Part shown: positions 13,111-24,876 of the stretch, piece by piece
How positions within the stretch are numbered: the stretch's first letter is position 1
Layout of the letters: each line of letters opens with the position of its first letter
Source: Pseudovirgaria hyperparasitica
Taxonomy: Eukaryota
Assembly (NCBI GenBank): GCA_010093815.1
Contig: ML996581.1
Reading direction: 5' to 3' (one strand)
DNA length: 64,000 nt
The notes under the pieces: model-generated
Told to the model about the DNA's origin: nothing
The model's database searches: none
The model's input: only the letters and a program-made list of their open reading frames with translations
Position numbers and translations under genes: made by a program

Positions 13111-14145
13111 TCTCTCTCTCCAGGAAGATCACAGTCTCTCAGACTAGTTGAACTATTAGCAGCAATTAGCGCAATAATACATCCATGGATGTCCCCGCGC
13201 CAAATCCCTGACCCCATATTTGCTACATGACATGACAGGAGCAGGCACGTATCAAAAACACCACATATGCACATGCACGTGCACATCTCCCCCTCCCGCT
13301 TCATCACACAATATCTCGCACATGAACCTCGGTTCGCATGCCACCATCACACAGCGGCGTGACGACGGAGCGGAGCCGTGTAAGCAGGAGGGGAAAGGTG
13401 GAGGGGGCCAAAAGTATGTTAGTTGGTTTGTTACTGTAGTTACGTCCGGGGGGAGTGGTTAGTTGGGCTTGGTTGCATATATATATATACATATATTCAG
13501 TATACGTGTGCGTGCGTGTGCAGATAAGAGAAGGTTGGTGATATGTTGGCTGGAGGAGGTTGTCGCTGTGATAGTGATGGTATTCCCCAGTGTGTCGTGC
13601 TGACGGGGAAGAATAGAAATGAGTGAGAGGAGTGAGGGGGCGTTCGTACTAGACGGGAGTTTAATGGATCCATCGACCCACAGTAGTAGTGGTGGTGGAG
13701 TGCAGTAGTTTAGTAGGAATAAGTAGTGCGTAGCGAGAATATATATAAATACATATAAAGATACTGTATATATATAACAGGGATTGATACTGCATATCGA
13801 TTATAACCCATACCCACACATACATACATACGTACATCCAGCCGGCCTTCCCACCAACTTGCCTCCAGCCAGTCGTCTTCTCTCTCTCGCTCGTATATAC
13901 GATCACCATCCTCGCTCTTCAACCTTGATAGAGACAGCATCCGGTCGAGCCCTTTTGCGCCGTCGATCTTGAGAGATTTGTACTTGCTCAATCTACCTAA
14001 GGTGCTTTCGCCGCATACGTAGCCAGCGTCTCATATATCCTTTGCCCTTGCTCTCACCCTTGTCGCATCCCATTGCGTGGCATTGTAACTGCATATACCT
14101 ACCTATTCATTCCCCTCGGACTATTACCCGCTACAATACAACATC

Positions 14146-14864
14146 ATGGCCGCCCCACCGTCCATCACCATGGATAACCTCACGGGGACCTACGTCATGG
14201 TACGTTACAAGACCACCACACCACCAATCTCTCCAACTAACAAGCCCCGACACAGGAACGCAAAGTCTCCGACGCACCCGACGCCATCCTCGCCTTCCAA
14301 GGCATGTCCTGGCTGACCCGCCAGGCCATCTCCTGGGCGACCATCACGCTGCACGTGCGCCACACCAAAGACAGCGCCACGGGCGCCGACCACATCGACA
14401 TAGTGCAGAAGCTGACAGGCGGCTTCGAAGGCACGCGCGAGCAGCGCATCGTCGACGGCACGGTGCGCACCCACGAGGACCACGTGTTTGGCAAGGTGCA
14501 CGGCAAGAGCACGTGGGTTGCGCGGCTCGCGGACGTGGGCAGCGAGCGGCGCGACGCAAGCTATCTGAGCGACGAGGACAGGGCGTTCTTGGTCGAGGGC
14601 TGGGGCGCGGAGATGGAGGGGAGTGAGCGGGTGTTTTTGGGCTATGTGGAGGCGGAGAGTGGGTGGGTTGCTTGGAGCGTGTGGGGGTTCAAGGAGGTTG
14701 AGATTGAGGGTGTGAGCGAGCGGCGGTGGGCGCGCCATCATGTTGTTGTGAAGCCGGCGACGGGCGAGAGTAAGCGGGCGCGCATGTATTATGATTATCT
14801 GGGCCCGCTTGAGGAGGGTGAGGTGGAGAAGCCGGCGCAGGACGATGGGATCAGTGATGTTTGA
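14146..14864 (+). CDS. Conserved fungal hypothetical protein (family often annotated 'LCCL domain-containing'; predicted beta-rich fold), 2 exons
   Basis: MAAPPSITMDNLTGTYVM, then intron ~14200-14255, then ERKVSDAPDAILAFQGMSWLTRQAI...GWVAWSVWGF...ARMYYDY. Confidence 0.75.
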
Positions 14865-15239
14865 GGGGGTTGGTGGTGAGGGCATCGATGGAGAGACAGA
14901 GAGAGAGTCATGGAGAGATGGATGTATGTATACCCATTTGGTAGAAGATAGACGGACGCGTACGAGCAAGATAGTGCTTGAATTGAAATGAACAACCTGG
15001 TTTCCTCTCTGTACTATTATCGTCTCTTTTCTTGTGTCTGTCATGAGGGAAGACTGGAGAGTTGTTGTCGATGGGAATGTACAAAGCGCTGCTGCTATCC
15101 CGTGCGCCTTTGCAATGCTATAAATTCCCCACGCTGCACGCCATGCGAGACCAAACGAAAGCAGTAATCGTAGCGACTGTTGTTCATATCCAAACAGCCG
15201 TTCAAACGTCTGCTGTATGGGGACAAATGTTAACCATCA

Positions 15240-16644
15240 TCATGGGCCTCCTCGTGGCCGCAATGATCTAGGCCGTATATCCTGGATCTTGATATTGACC
15301 GACCTTAAATTGTTCTGCTTCGGATCGTAGACACCAATGACTTGACTGATGACTACAGATTTATTCCCGACAACTTCTACGGTGCCCCTTAAGACGACAG
15401 TGCCCCGCGGCGCTTCCGATCTGGGTGCCCTTGTGCCTTCTACAAAGTGTCGAGCGAATGTTGAGAATAGTGGAACGGCTTGCTGCCGCGGAATCGAAGG
15501 CCCGTCTACGTTCGGTGGTACCAGCGCGCCTGGAGGCTGCCCTGGCGATTTTCCTGCAGGCTGTCCCGGCGATTGTCCAGGACTTTGTTCAGCAGGAGCA
15601 TCTCCAGACCCTGCGATACGACCATCGATTCTTTTCAATTCTTGAAGCCCTTGATCGAGTGTAGACATGGAAGCATCCGGCGGGGGCTTGTTGCCAAACA
15701 CGCCCTTGAACTGCATCCAGTATTTCTTCGTCAGACTCGACCCGATTATGTAGAAAGCGTTCATGGCGCCGGTGGGATATAGAAACGTCTCAAGACGTCG
15801 TTGGTCTTTCAGCTCTACAGCCCTTGTCGACCAAGCAATTACGACGTCGTCGTCCTCGAGAAATATAACCTCAATTCTGAGCAAAAGTTAGTCGAGCTCG
15901 GAGATCCTGTACGACCGTTCAAACATACCCGCTCCGTTCATATTGAGGTGGAGGCCCAGGTGGGTAATAGAAATGTATCCAGTAATTGTTCCATCGATCG
16001 TCAATCTGCCCAAGAGTCCGCTTCAACAAAGGATGCCGGCTCACCTCAGTCCGCACCCGAGACACTAGTTGTTCGCGTGCCCCCGTCTGTCTTTTTCCGT
16101 CTCTAGCAAACTTCATAAATTCTCGCCATTCGGGATCAGAGCCTTTGTAGTATTCTCGCGGCTGTTCTTTCGCCCAGGTCATGGGTATGAAGATGGAATC
16201 CTCAATGCCGTCCTCGTCGTATTCGCCCTCCTCATCCTCGTCCTCGTCCTCCTCCTCATCCTCCGACTCTTCCTTGGTCACGTCCCGGCCTATTCCAGCT
16301 GCTCCCTTCTCATGCTCGCCATCAGGTCGTCGTTTCCTGTCCATTGCTTTGAGCACAGCAGCCTTTTGCGCATTCGTCTGTTTCGGGGCTTGCTTCCATT
16401 CTTTCTCCTCCTCACCCTCCAGTGCCCCGAGTATATAATCTAGTCCATGGTTCAATGTTATATATGCTGCGCCCGTGTATAGCAGATACGTGCCAACACG
16501 CTTCCATGTGAGCCACCGGCGCACGAACTTCACTTTCTGTATGCGGACATTGGTAGACTCTCTGTACTGAGGGCGACGGAGGGCAAAAGCCCCTGTCTGT
16601 CGAAGGAGCGGCCTAAATGTCCGTAGCCCGAGCGACTGGGACAT
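15240..16644 (-). CDS. Conserved hypothetical protein, probably mitochondrial (Arg-rich N-terminus, one TM segment, acidic tract), 2 exons
   Basis: ORFs 15919-16644 and 15240-15884 are joined by a GTATGT...CTAAC...CAG intron (~15878-15927); motif FIPMTW...YKGSDPEWREF. Confidence 0.75.
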
Positions 16645-17001
16645 ATGGAGCAGGTCGAGGGCAACAACACCGATGAAGATAGGTGTTGGGCAAGGTTTAC
16701 GAAGTAGGCACTCCCCGATGCGATGCTCTGATATTCATGGATGACTCCGAAAGGCTTGGTGACAAGTCGAAGATCAGCAGAACAGGTGAGTGTAGAATGG
16801 CACCTCTCGTTGTAGACACGATCCGGATCCCAAATAGAAGTTGAAGCGGAGGCAAATGATAGTACTGGACAACCGGTTGGCTGCAGCCTGAGGCCGTAGT
16901 TTCGCCGACGTTTCACTCTCATGAGCTACTAGGCTTCGACGCTTCGACGTCAGTCAAGCTGTTACTATAATCTCATCATCGGCATCGACATCGACGGCAA
17001 C

Positions 17002-18307
17002 ATGAGGTCTGGCTGGAGTCTTACGCTGCCGTTCTTTTATCCTCTCGCCGCGGCCCTCTCATCTGACGAGGCCCGCGTCTTCCTCTTCCCCAGCTCTCCC
17101 AGAGCTCTACCGAACCGGGGTCAGAAGCTTGACGCAGAAACAGCTCGACTAGTCTTCTCGAGGCGTCTAGGACTGGCCCAATACTACAATGTTGGGGATC
17201 TGAAAGACGAACAACTCCAGCAGATTAGTGCATTCGGTGGAAGCCCGTCAGGGCTGCTGGATCTCCAGCATATTACTGCTGCGAATCAGCAAAGTCAAGG
17301 GTTCATCGTCGTGGAGGGGTTCGACAATGTCCAAGGTACTTTTATCACGAGCAAATTGTTCTCCTACGATACTTACGACTAGCAGATGTTGTCCCAACAA
17401 CTCTCGAGTCGGGTTCATACGACGAGTTCACGATCCCCATATCGCCATCCGCGGCCGACACACTGGAGCTCATGGAATCATTCGACGACAAATTGAGATA
17501 CTTGGAGTCCATTGATACAACTATAATGCCAGCAGTGTGCGACTCTATTCATGATGTAGTAAATAGACAGGGCATCACTCCTATGCGACAGACCTGCAAA
17601 CCCTGGTCATTCTCTTCCGCAACGAGTCTCAAGGTAGGCATGGTTGTATGACTTGGGCTGAGCAGCTCATTAACTTTCGCCAGGACGCTCAATCTGCAAA
17701 AGATGTCAAAGCTACGCTTGGTCAGCTGTTGACTGAGGCTAATCAGCACAACTACCAGTTCACAGTTGTCTTCACCTCTCCCAAATCAAAAAAGGCCTCG
17801 AAACGATCACCGAACGTCTACGGTGAGATTCCATCAAGACATGGCAAACAGGAACTAGAGATGATCCTGTCCGAGGCGACACCCATCCGTTCCTCCGCTA
17901 CGTCCAAACCAACACATTCAGGTACCCCGAGCACGAATGACACATCGCCGGTCCGAGGAATCCTTCCCAGCTGTTTCGCATCTGAAGCGGACTGCGAAGC
18001 CAAGACAAAAGGCTGCTCTGGGCATGGGCAATGCCGTACGAAATATAAAACTGACAAGACAGAATGCTGGACTTGTGCCTGCGAGGCCCAGGTTCACACC
18101 AACTTAGACGGATCAAACAAAACCACCAGTTTTGGCGGCCCGGCTTGCCAGAAGAAGGATATTGTTATGCCTTTTTGGCTCTTCACTGGTTTTACGATTG
18201 CCTTTTTGTCTATCCTGACTTGGGCCATTGGACTTCTCTACAGCATGGGTGAACAGGAGCTTCCGGGCGTGATCAATGCGGGTGTTTCTGGACCTTCGAA
18301 GAAATAG
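17002..18307 (+). CDS. DUF3844 (Vps3844-like) type I membrane protein, 3 exons
   Basis: Signal peptide, ARLVFSRRLGL, Cys-rich CxxxTxxCSGHGxC...GGPACQKKD, C-terminal TM FWLFTGF...LYSMGEQELPGVI. Confidence 0.8.
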
Positions 18308-18584
18308 ATGTGGGATGGCAGTGAGCAAGAGACCTTGTATGATTTTCATCATGTATCATTATCTAACGTATTGGTGTTCGACGAACGTATGAGTCCTATT
18401 ATACATGCAACAGCGCTTTGCAAAAGTCAGGCCTCCGTGGATATATGCTCCCATTGAACATCGTTGCAATTCTAGAGTGACTGTAACGTGATCGGATTTG
18501 AAGAGTCGAATCATCCATACACGCTGCGCCCAGAACTCCAGCAATGCTCGTTTTAGTTTCCAGCACTATAGCATAAGTGTCAAT

Positions 18585-19354
18585 TCATTTCTTGCCCTTC
18601 TTCTTGTTCTTTGGAGCACTATCGGACGGTCCGCCAGCTTCCACTATGACTGCATCATCATCGCTACCCTTCGTGTTCGTCGGACTTGGCTTGTTCATTG
18701 CAGAGGGTGGGCTTGCCGCAGCCTCATTGTCCAACTCCTTCATGAACTCAGAAGAGACCGAAGCTTTCTTCTTCTCCCACCATTCTTTGTCGGCGTCGAC
18801 CTGAGCTTGTATCTCCTCTAGCCGTTTCCTAGCTACTATGTTTTGTGCGATCTCGGAGGCAGACTGGAAAATGACTTGGCCCCACCCAGGAACAAATCCG
18901 TTCGCCTGAATGAGCATGTACGTTAGTATGTAGACAGGCTCTAGTGGCGAGGAGCATCTACCTCTTGAACTACATCTCTCAATTCTTCTTCCACCTCTTT
19001 CTCCGCACGCGAGAATCGCTTCCACAGATCATCACCCACACATCCCTTTTGTAGAAGTGTGCTCAACGCCTGTTTCGCATTCCTAATCTGAACGATTCGA
19101 TGGACATCCTCAGTCGCACGCCGCAAAAGTGCTGCCTTCAATACACTGTCCGGGACTTTTGGTTGCCCTGCTTCGGGCTCCATGTGGAGTAGGGTGAGGT
19201 ATATGTCCCGTTGGAGGTTTTGACCAAACCATGGAGCGAGAGAAGCAGCCTTTGCGAGTTTTCGTTTGCGATAAAGAGACGAGAATGTCACGAGTGAGCC
19301 GATGAGTATGCCGAGATAGGCAAAAGGCACCATCAACGTTAACCAATTCACCAT
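18585..19354 (-). CDS. SEC66: ER translocation complex subunit Sec66/Sec71, 2 exons
   Basis: N-terminal TM, SSLYRKRK, LKAALLRRA, GCVGDDLW, then EANGFVPGWGQVIFQSA after a ~54-nt intron. Confidence 0.88.
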
Positions 19355-19811
19355 CCTGGCGATAGTGTGTGTACGGTATTGGAACTGGACTTTTTCAGGA
19401 GCGTGGTCTGCCGGGCGCGAAAATGCGCTTGGGGTATTTAAAGCCTCGGAGCTGCGATCTTGGTAATGAGTGATACGGTTGGGAGTTTTATGTGTTTGTT
19501 GTGGCTGCTGGACCGTGAATAGTTGGCATCGAAAATGCGCATGGAAAGGCCACCTAGAGTTTCATGCATCGCGCCTCCAGCCCCGAGATATGCCCGCGGG
19601 CGGTGGAGCGGGCAGTAATCCGCGCCTAATCCGCGAGTGACGTTGGCGGGCTTATGCCTATTATTCGAAGCTCATGGTAGCTTTCACTTACACAGCTTCA
19701 CCTTCAACCGCAACAACTTTCTTCATACATGAGCACTCCCCCTTATATCACATAGATAAATACCATTTCGGTGGCTCTGTCGTCCATCCTCACTACATAC
19801 CCCGCCTCATC

Positions 19812-21811
19812 ATGATTCTCAGGTTCCAAAGTAAAGAAGGCCAGTTTCGCCTTACTGTACAGCAAACAGACGACTTCGCCTCTCTATTACATCCAATCCT
19901 CGAGAAATTGCCCAAAGACGTTGACCCTACCAGTATTACTGTGTCAAATGACCCAAGAGCGGGGGACAAGAGGAAGATCGCATCGTTGAAGGGCATAACT
20001 TTCAAACAAGTGGGCATGAGGTAGGTCCTCCCCAGTCGCATGTGAAGCCATGATCTAATATATAGCCAAGCAATGGTGATAAGATATATCTTGACTGGCA
20101 AGAATCTGCGCCTGCCGCTACAAACGGGCATACTGCTCCAGCATCAATAGCGAACCGGCTCGATGGCAAACCTGTCCTTCCTTCACAAGATCCACCGGTC
20201 CTCCGTAGCGACCTTGCTTCGCCGACGAAGCTCATAAAGAACCCCTGGGATGTCGTACAACAATCTTCACTTGATGATAGGCTGGACAAGTTGGATGGCA
20301 AGATTTCCAGACCGAAGGATCAGCGTTTCTGCAAGCATGGACCGAAGGGCATGTGCGACTACTGTATGCCTCTGGAACCTTTCGACGCCAAATATCTTGA
20401 AGAAAAGAAGATCAAGCACACATCTTTCCATGGCTACCTCCGAAAGATCAACCAGGGAAAGAATAAACCAGAGACAGGAAGCTCGTACATACCGCCGCTG
20501 ACCGAACCATTCTACCGCGTCCGTCCCGATTGTCCTAGTGGCCATGCTCCTTTCCCTGCTGGAATATGCACAAAGTGTCAACCAAGTGCTATCTCGCTTA
20601 AGCCCCAGGAGTATCGTATGGTTGACCATGTCGAGTTCGCCTCACCGGACCTTATCAATAGCTTCCTAGATTTCTGGCGAAAATCTGGGAGCCAGAGATT
20701 AGGCTTTCTCTATGGGCGCTACGAACAATACGAAGAAGTTCCATTAGGTACCAAAGCCATAGTAGAGGCTATATATGAGCCTCCGCAGGTCAATGAAGTG
20801 GATGGTATCTCGCTAGGGGACTGGGACAACGAGAACGATATTGATGATCTTGCGCAGCTTTGTGGTATGCAGAGAGTAGGTGTCATTGTCACCGACCTCT
20901 TAGATAGTGGCGAAGGAAATGGTAGCGTCATTTGCCGTCGGCATGTCGACTCATACTTTCTATCGTCCCTCGAGGTAGTCTTCGCCTCAAGGTATCAAGC
21001 GCGGTTCCCCCGGCCAACGAAATGGAGCGAGACAGGGAGGTTTGGGTCAAATTTTGTTACATGCGTCATCAGTGGAGACGACAACAACCAGATCGCCATC
21101 TCAGCGTATCAAGCTTCGAATGATGCTGTGGAGATGGTACGAGCGGACATCATAGAGCCATCGGCGGACCCTACCGTTATGCTGGTACAAAATGAGGATG
21201 AAAACGTGAATGGCAACCGCAAGCGATATATTCCAGAAGTGTTCTATCGAAGGATAAACGAGCATGGAGCTAATGTACAGGAAAACGCAAAGCCATCGTT
21301 CCCAGTGGAATACTTGTTTGTCACCCTTACGCACGGTTTCCCGACAGAACCTCGACCACAGTTCGTGAATCATAAGTTTACCATTGAGAATCGGGAGGCC
21401 CTTGGGGAGGCACAAGAGATCTCGAAGCTCGCGCAGCAGCTCAATGCGAAATCGACCGGGCCAGCACTCAACCAACCTACCGGACTTACCGCGGTGTCAG
21501 ACTTCCACCTGCTATGCTTCCTTCATGGTCTTGGAATACTTAGCAAAGTGAGTCCAATGTTTTGGAATATCCATTATAGTAGCTGACAATAATCTTAGGA
21601 CGAGGAACGTCTCTTATGCCGGGTGGCCAGCAGTCATGATCTGTCTGACGGCTATCAGCTTCAACATAGTGGAGGATGGGCAACACTTCTGACTATCCTC
21701 AGAGAAAGTGGTGAGCGTCCCCCAAAACGTCGATCCCCAACAGATCATTCAGCATTCGGCGATGACAGCGTTCAGCTTGCTAAGAGGATTAAGGGAGTTA
21801 GCCTGAGATAA
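19812..21811 (+). CDS. NPL4: Cdc48 cofactor Npl4 (possible alternative 3' end at 22005-22012)
   Basis: [31 protein letters not shown]...[40 protein letters not shown]. Introns ~20021-20089 and 21548-21598. Confidence 0.96.
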
Positions 21812-22160
21812 CGTCCGATGATGATTCTCGCCAATATGGTATTTGCCCTGTGCCGCACAATTCTCTGAGTACACACCTGCTGTTTACTTTCTGAGTCGAG
21901 TTTGGTCATGTCCCCTCCAATGAGTGATTGATAAGGGATGTCTGTGATCCAGACGTGTATGAAGTATTTGTTCCAAGATCTAGTCTTGACTTGGTGTCCC
22001 CAAGGGATTTGATTAGGGATAGTTAAGGTGAAACAACCCGGAGGTGTTAATCTCTATACGCAAAAATGCTTGCCGTATATATTCAGCTACCATATATTAC
22101 AGAGAGCCCATACAAAGCCTTCCCTGCCCATCATCTCTTTCGTACTTCGTCCATGGCATG

Positions 22161-23417
22161 CTATTCCTCTGCAAAAACATCTGCAACACGCAATGATAGA
22201 TCGAGGATGGCTAGATGTTCGTCTGCACCGTCCACTAATCTCTTATCTACCTCTGAAAAGATCATTGTAATCTTCGCCTTTTGTAGGTCTGGTATCGTCT
22301 CATCGTAAAGAACTTTCTCGTAGAGCTGTGACACAACTTGAGCAGCGCTCCAACCATCAGCCACCATGTCTGTGACAACATTTGCCACTGAGCTGTATCT
22401 ACTGGTCTTCTTCCCGGGCTGCATCGCGGACTGAAGCCGTGATATAGTGTCATCGGGTATGACACCTGAAATCTCCTCGATTATGGCAACGGTAACAGTT
22501 GCGCCACTCTCTCCATCAACGTCCATGGCATCGCCTTCTTTCACCTTCCCACTCGCTGCCTGTGTAGCACCAACCAGTCTAGCCGCACTCTGCAGAAACG
22601 TGATAGCCTTCCGCAAATCCCCCTCTGACACCCGCACCAACGCATCCGTAACCCCCTTCTCCATCATCACCCCCTCATTCCCCGCAATCTCCTCCAACCG
22701 CTTCGCCGCATTCACACTATCCAACGCCTTGAACCGAAACTTGGAGCACCGCGACGCCAACGGATCAATAATCCGCGTCACATAATTGCACACTAGACAG
22801 AACCGCGTAATCTTCGAATACGTCTCCATCGTCCGCCGCAGCGCACTCTGCGCATCCTGCGTCATGCTGTCCGCCTCGTCCAATATGATGATCTTGAACG
22901 GCGGGACCGGGTACTTTTTGCGGTACTCGACGCCTGCGGGCCCGGCGGGCGGGTTCGAGAGCTGGCTGCGGGCAAAGTCTTTGACTTTCTCGCGCACGAT
23001 GCTGATGCCGCGCTCGTCTGAGGCGTTGAGTTCGAGGACGCGTGTGCGCATGAGGTCGGGGCCGTAGAGCTGTTTTGCGAGGGCCAGGATCGTGGATGTC
23101 TTGCCGGTGCCGGGGGGGCCGTAGTAGAGCATGTGGGGGAGGTTGGAGGCTTGGAGGGTGCGTTGGAGGACGGTGATGGTGTGGTCTTGGGCGGTGACGT
23201 CGGAGAGGGTTTTGGGCCGGCTGCACAGGTGGAAAAGAGAGGGGAGTCAGAGTCAGGTTTCGCTTTTGGGGGGACGTCGAAATTGGGGCATTTGTACGCA
23301 CTATTTCTCTACCCATGGCTGTGTGCGAGGTGTTTCTTGCTTGGTGGTGGGTGCTTTGGACGAACTTGCGGCGGCGGCGGCATCTTTTCTGGCTTTGATG
23401 TCGAAGAAGCCCGCCAT
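22161..23417 (-). CDS. RFC2: Replication factor C small subunit Rfc2 (human RFC4), 2 exons (intron 23221-23301)
   Basis: [55 protein letters not shown]. Confidence 0.95.
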
Positions 23418-23544
23418 GTTTGCGGCAATTCGGCTTATGTGCTATGTTGAAATTCAATTCAAAGCTGTGTAGGCGAGAGAGAAACAGCAATTAGAAGTGT
23501 ATGCAATATATGACGGCGGCGCTAAACAGGGTTCTGTCTGGTAG

Positions 23545-23656
23545 ACGCGCTGCACGCGTTGAGGTTCGCGCGCTAGGTAAAGTGCTTTTTCTGCCTGATG
23601 ATGACTACGTTCATGCCCCAGGCATGAAAACCATATCTTAACGTTCATCGCGTTTC
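23545..23656. promoter_or_regulatory. MCB-like (ACGCG/CGCG) cluster upstream of RFC2
   Basis: ACGCG at 23545, ACGCGT at 23554, TTCGCGCG at 23565, TCGCGTTT at ~23648. Confidence 0.6.
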
Positions 23657-24876
23657 TTCTACATGTTTACATGGTCACATGCTTTTGAAAACCCCGACTT
23701 ATCAAAATCGCCCACGGCTACGAGCGTACACATATGCGACCCCAGCCGTAGCAGATTCGAATGCGAATTGCACGATTATATATTAGTGTCAAATAGGAAA
23801 TTCCCCCTAGCGTTGATTGCTGTTACCAAGATTTTCCAAGACGCTTTACTATGGTCCTTTATTACGTGATCGAAAGACTCGGACCCCAGGTATGCACTAT
23901 CTCAAGGCTGATTCCTCTATTCCTAGATCGGACGGCTGAGTAATTGTTAGCGGCCTTTGATCTCCTTGCCGTTTCTGGTACATATCCCGTACGCTGCGAC
24001 GTCCCTTCGACCAAGATTTAAACATCGGTGAACAATGAAAGTGCCATGAGTCGCTGGTTTCATAGTTTGCGCCTCAGCCTAGTCACAGTCACCAACCAGA
24101 AGTGGCCGCAATGAGAGGCTCGCCCCCATTGTTTAGCCCGGCCGCAATATGTCGAAGATATGTCTTTTCCAGACTACCCAGTACCTCCGGGAAACTTCAA
24201 AGCAGACGTCTTATAATGGAACACATGAGGCGTGCAATGAGTTGTTGAGTCTCTGATATCTTTAGTCACGACAGTTTTGCTTTACGACTCCATAGTCTGG
24301 TAGAGTACAGAGTGACGAAATGTGTGAAGTCCTTGCAGGCTGCAGTTCCATGTATGCTGAAACTACAGGCAACAATAATCGTCCCTCGAGAAATTTTCCA
24401 AACCCGGCTACCGCTAACAAGCAAACAGTTCCCCAGAGCACCAAATTGGAAAGTGTGGCTGTGCTTTCGGATATGAAATCTGCACGCGGATATAGCCACG
24501 GCCCCCAAAGACTGGACTTGGCGATCGGCCACGTTTTGCGGCTACTTCCTACCCAAGTGACCCAGTTCTCGGGGCTGTTCCATAATAGGGGTGATCTAAT
24601 TCCCAGAAGAGCATTTCGTGAACTTCCGTGTTTTGTCAGCATGGCTGGCGCCAAAACTAATTAGTACTATACGAGTCGCTGTAGAAGCAGCAGACGCCTG
24701 TCAGGGGCGCAGCGTCTATGCCGTGTTTACTGGCATGTAGGCTTTCGGATGAATCCTACATGGCTAACAAGCCATTGCTAAACAAGAGAAACCTATAGGA
24801 GTATATATCATCATGAGTTCCCTGCGTAAAGCAAATGTACACGAGGTCTTTACCACAGGATTCCACATACGCTAAG

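Noticed and set aside
21817..21895. ATGATGA...CTGA...CTGA inside the NPL4 alternative intron, C/D snoRNA-like
   Set aside because: No good terminal stem, and I could not match either guide to rRNA or snRNA from memory; it needs a snoscan run.
24262..24664. Overlapping 88-130 aa ORFs upstream of the S41 peptidase
   Set aside because: No family features; probably chance ORFs in promoter DNA.
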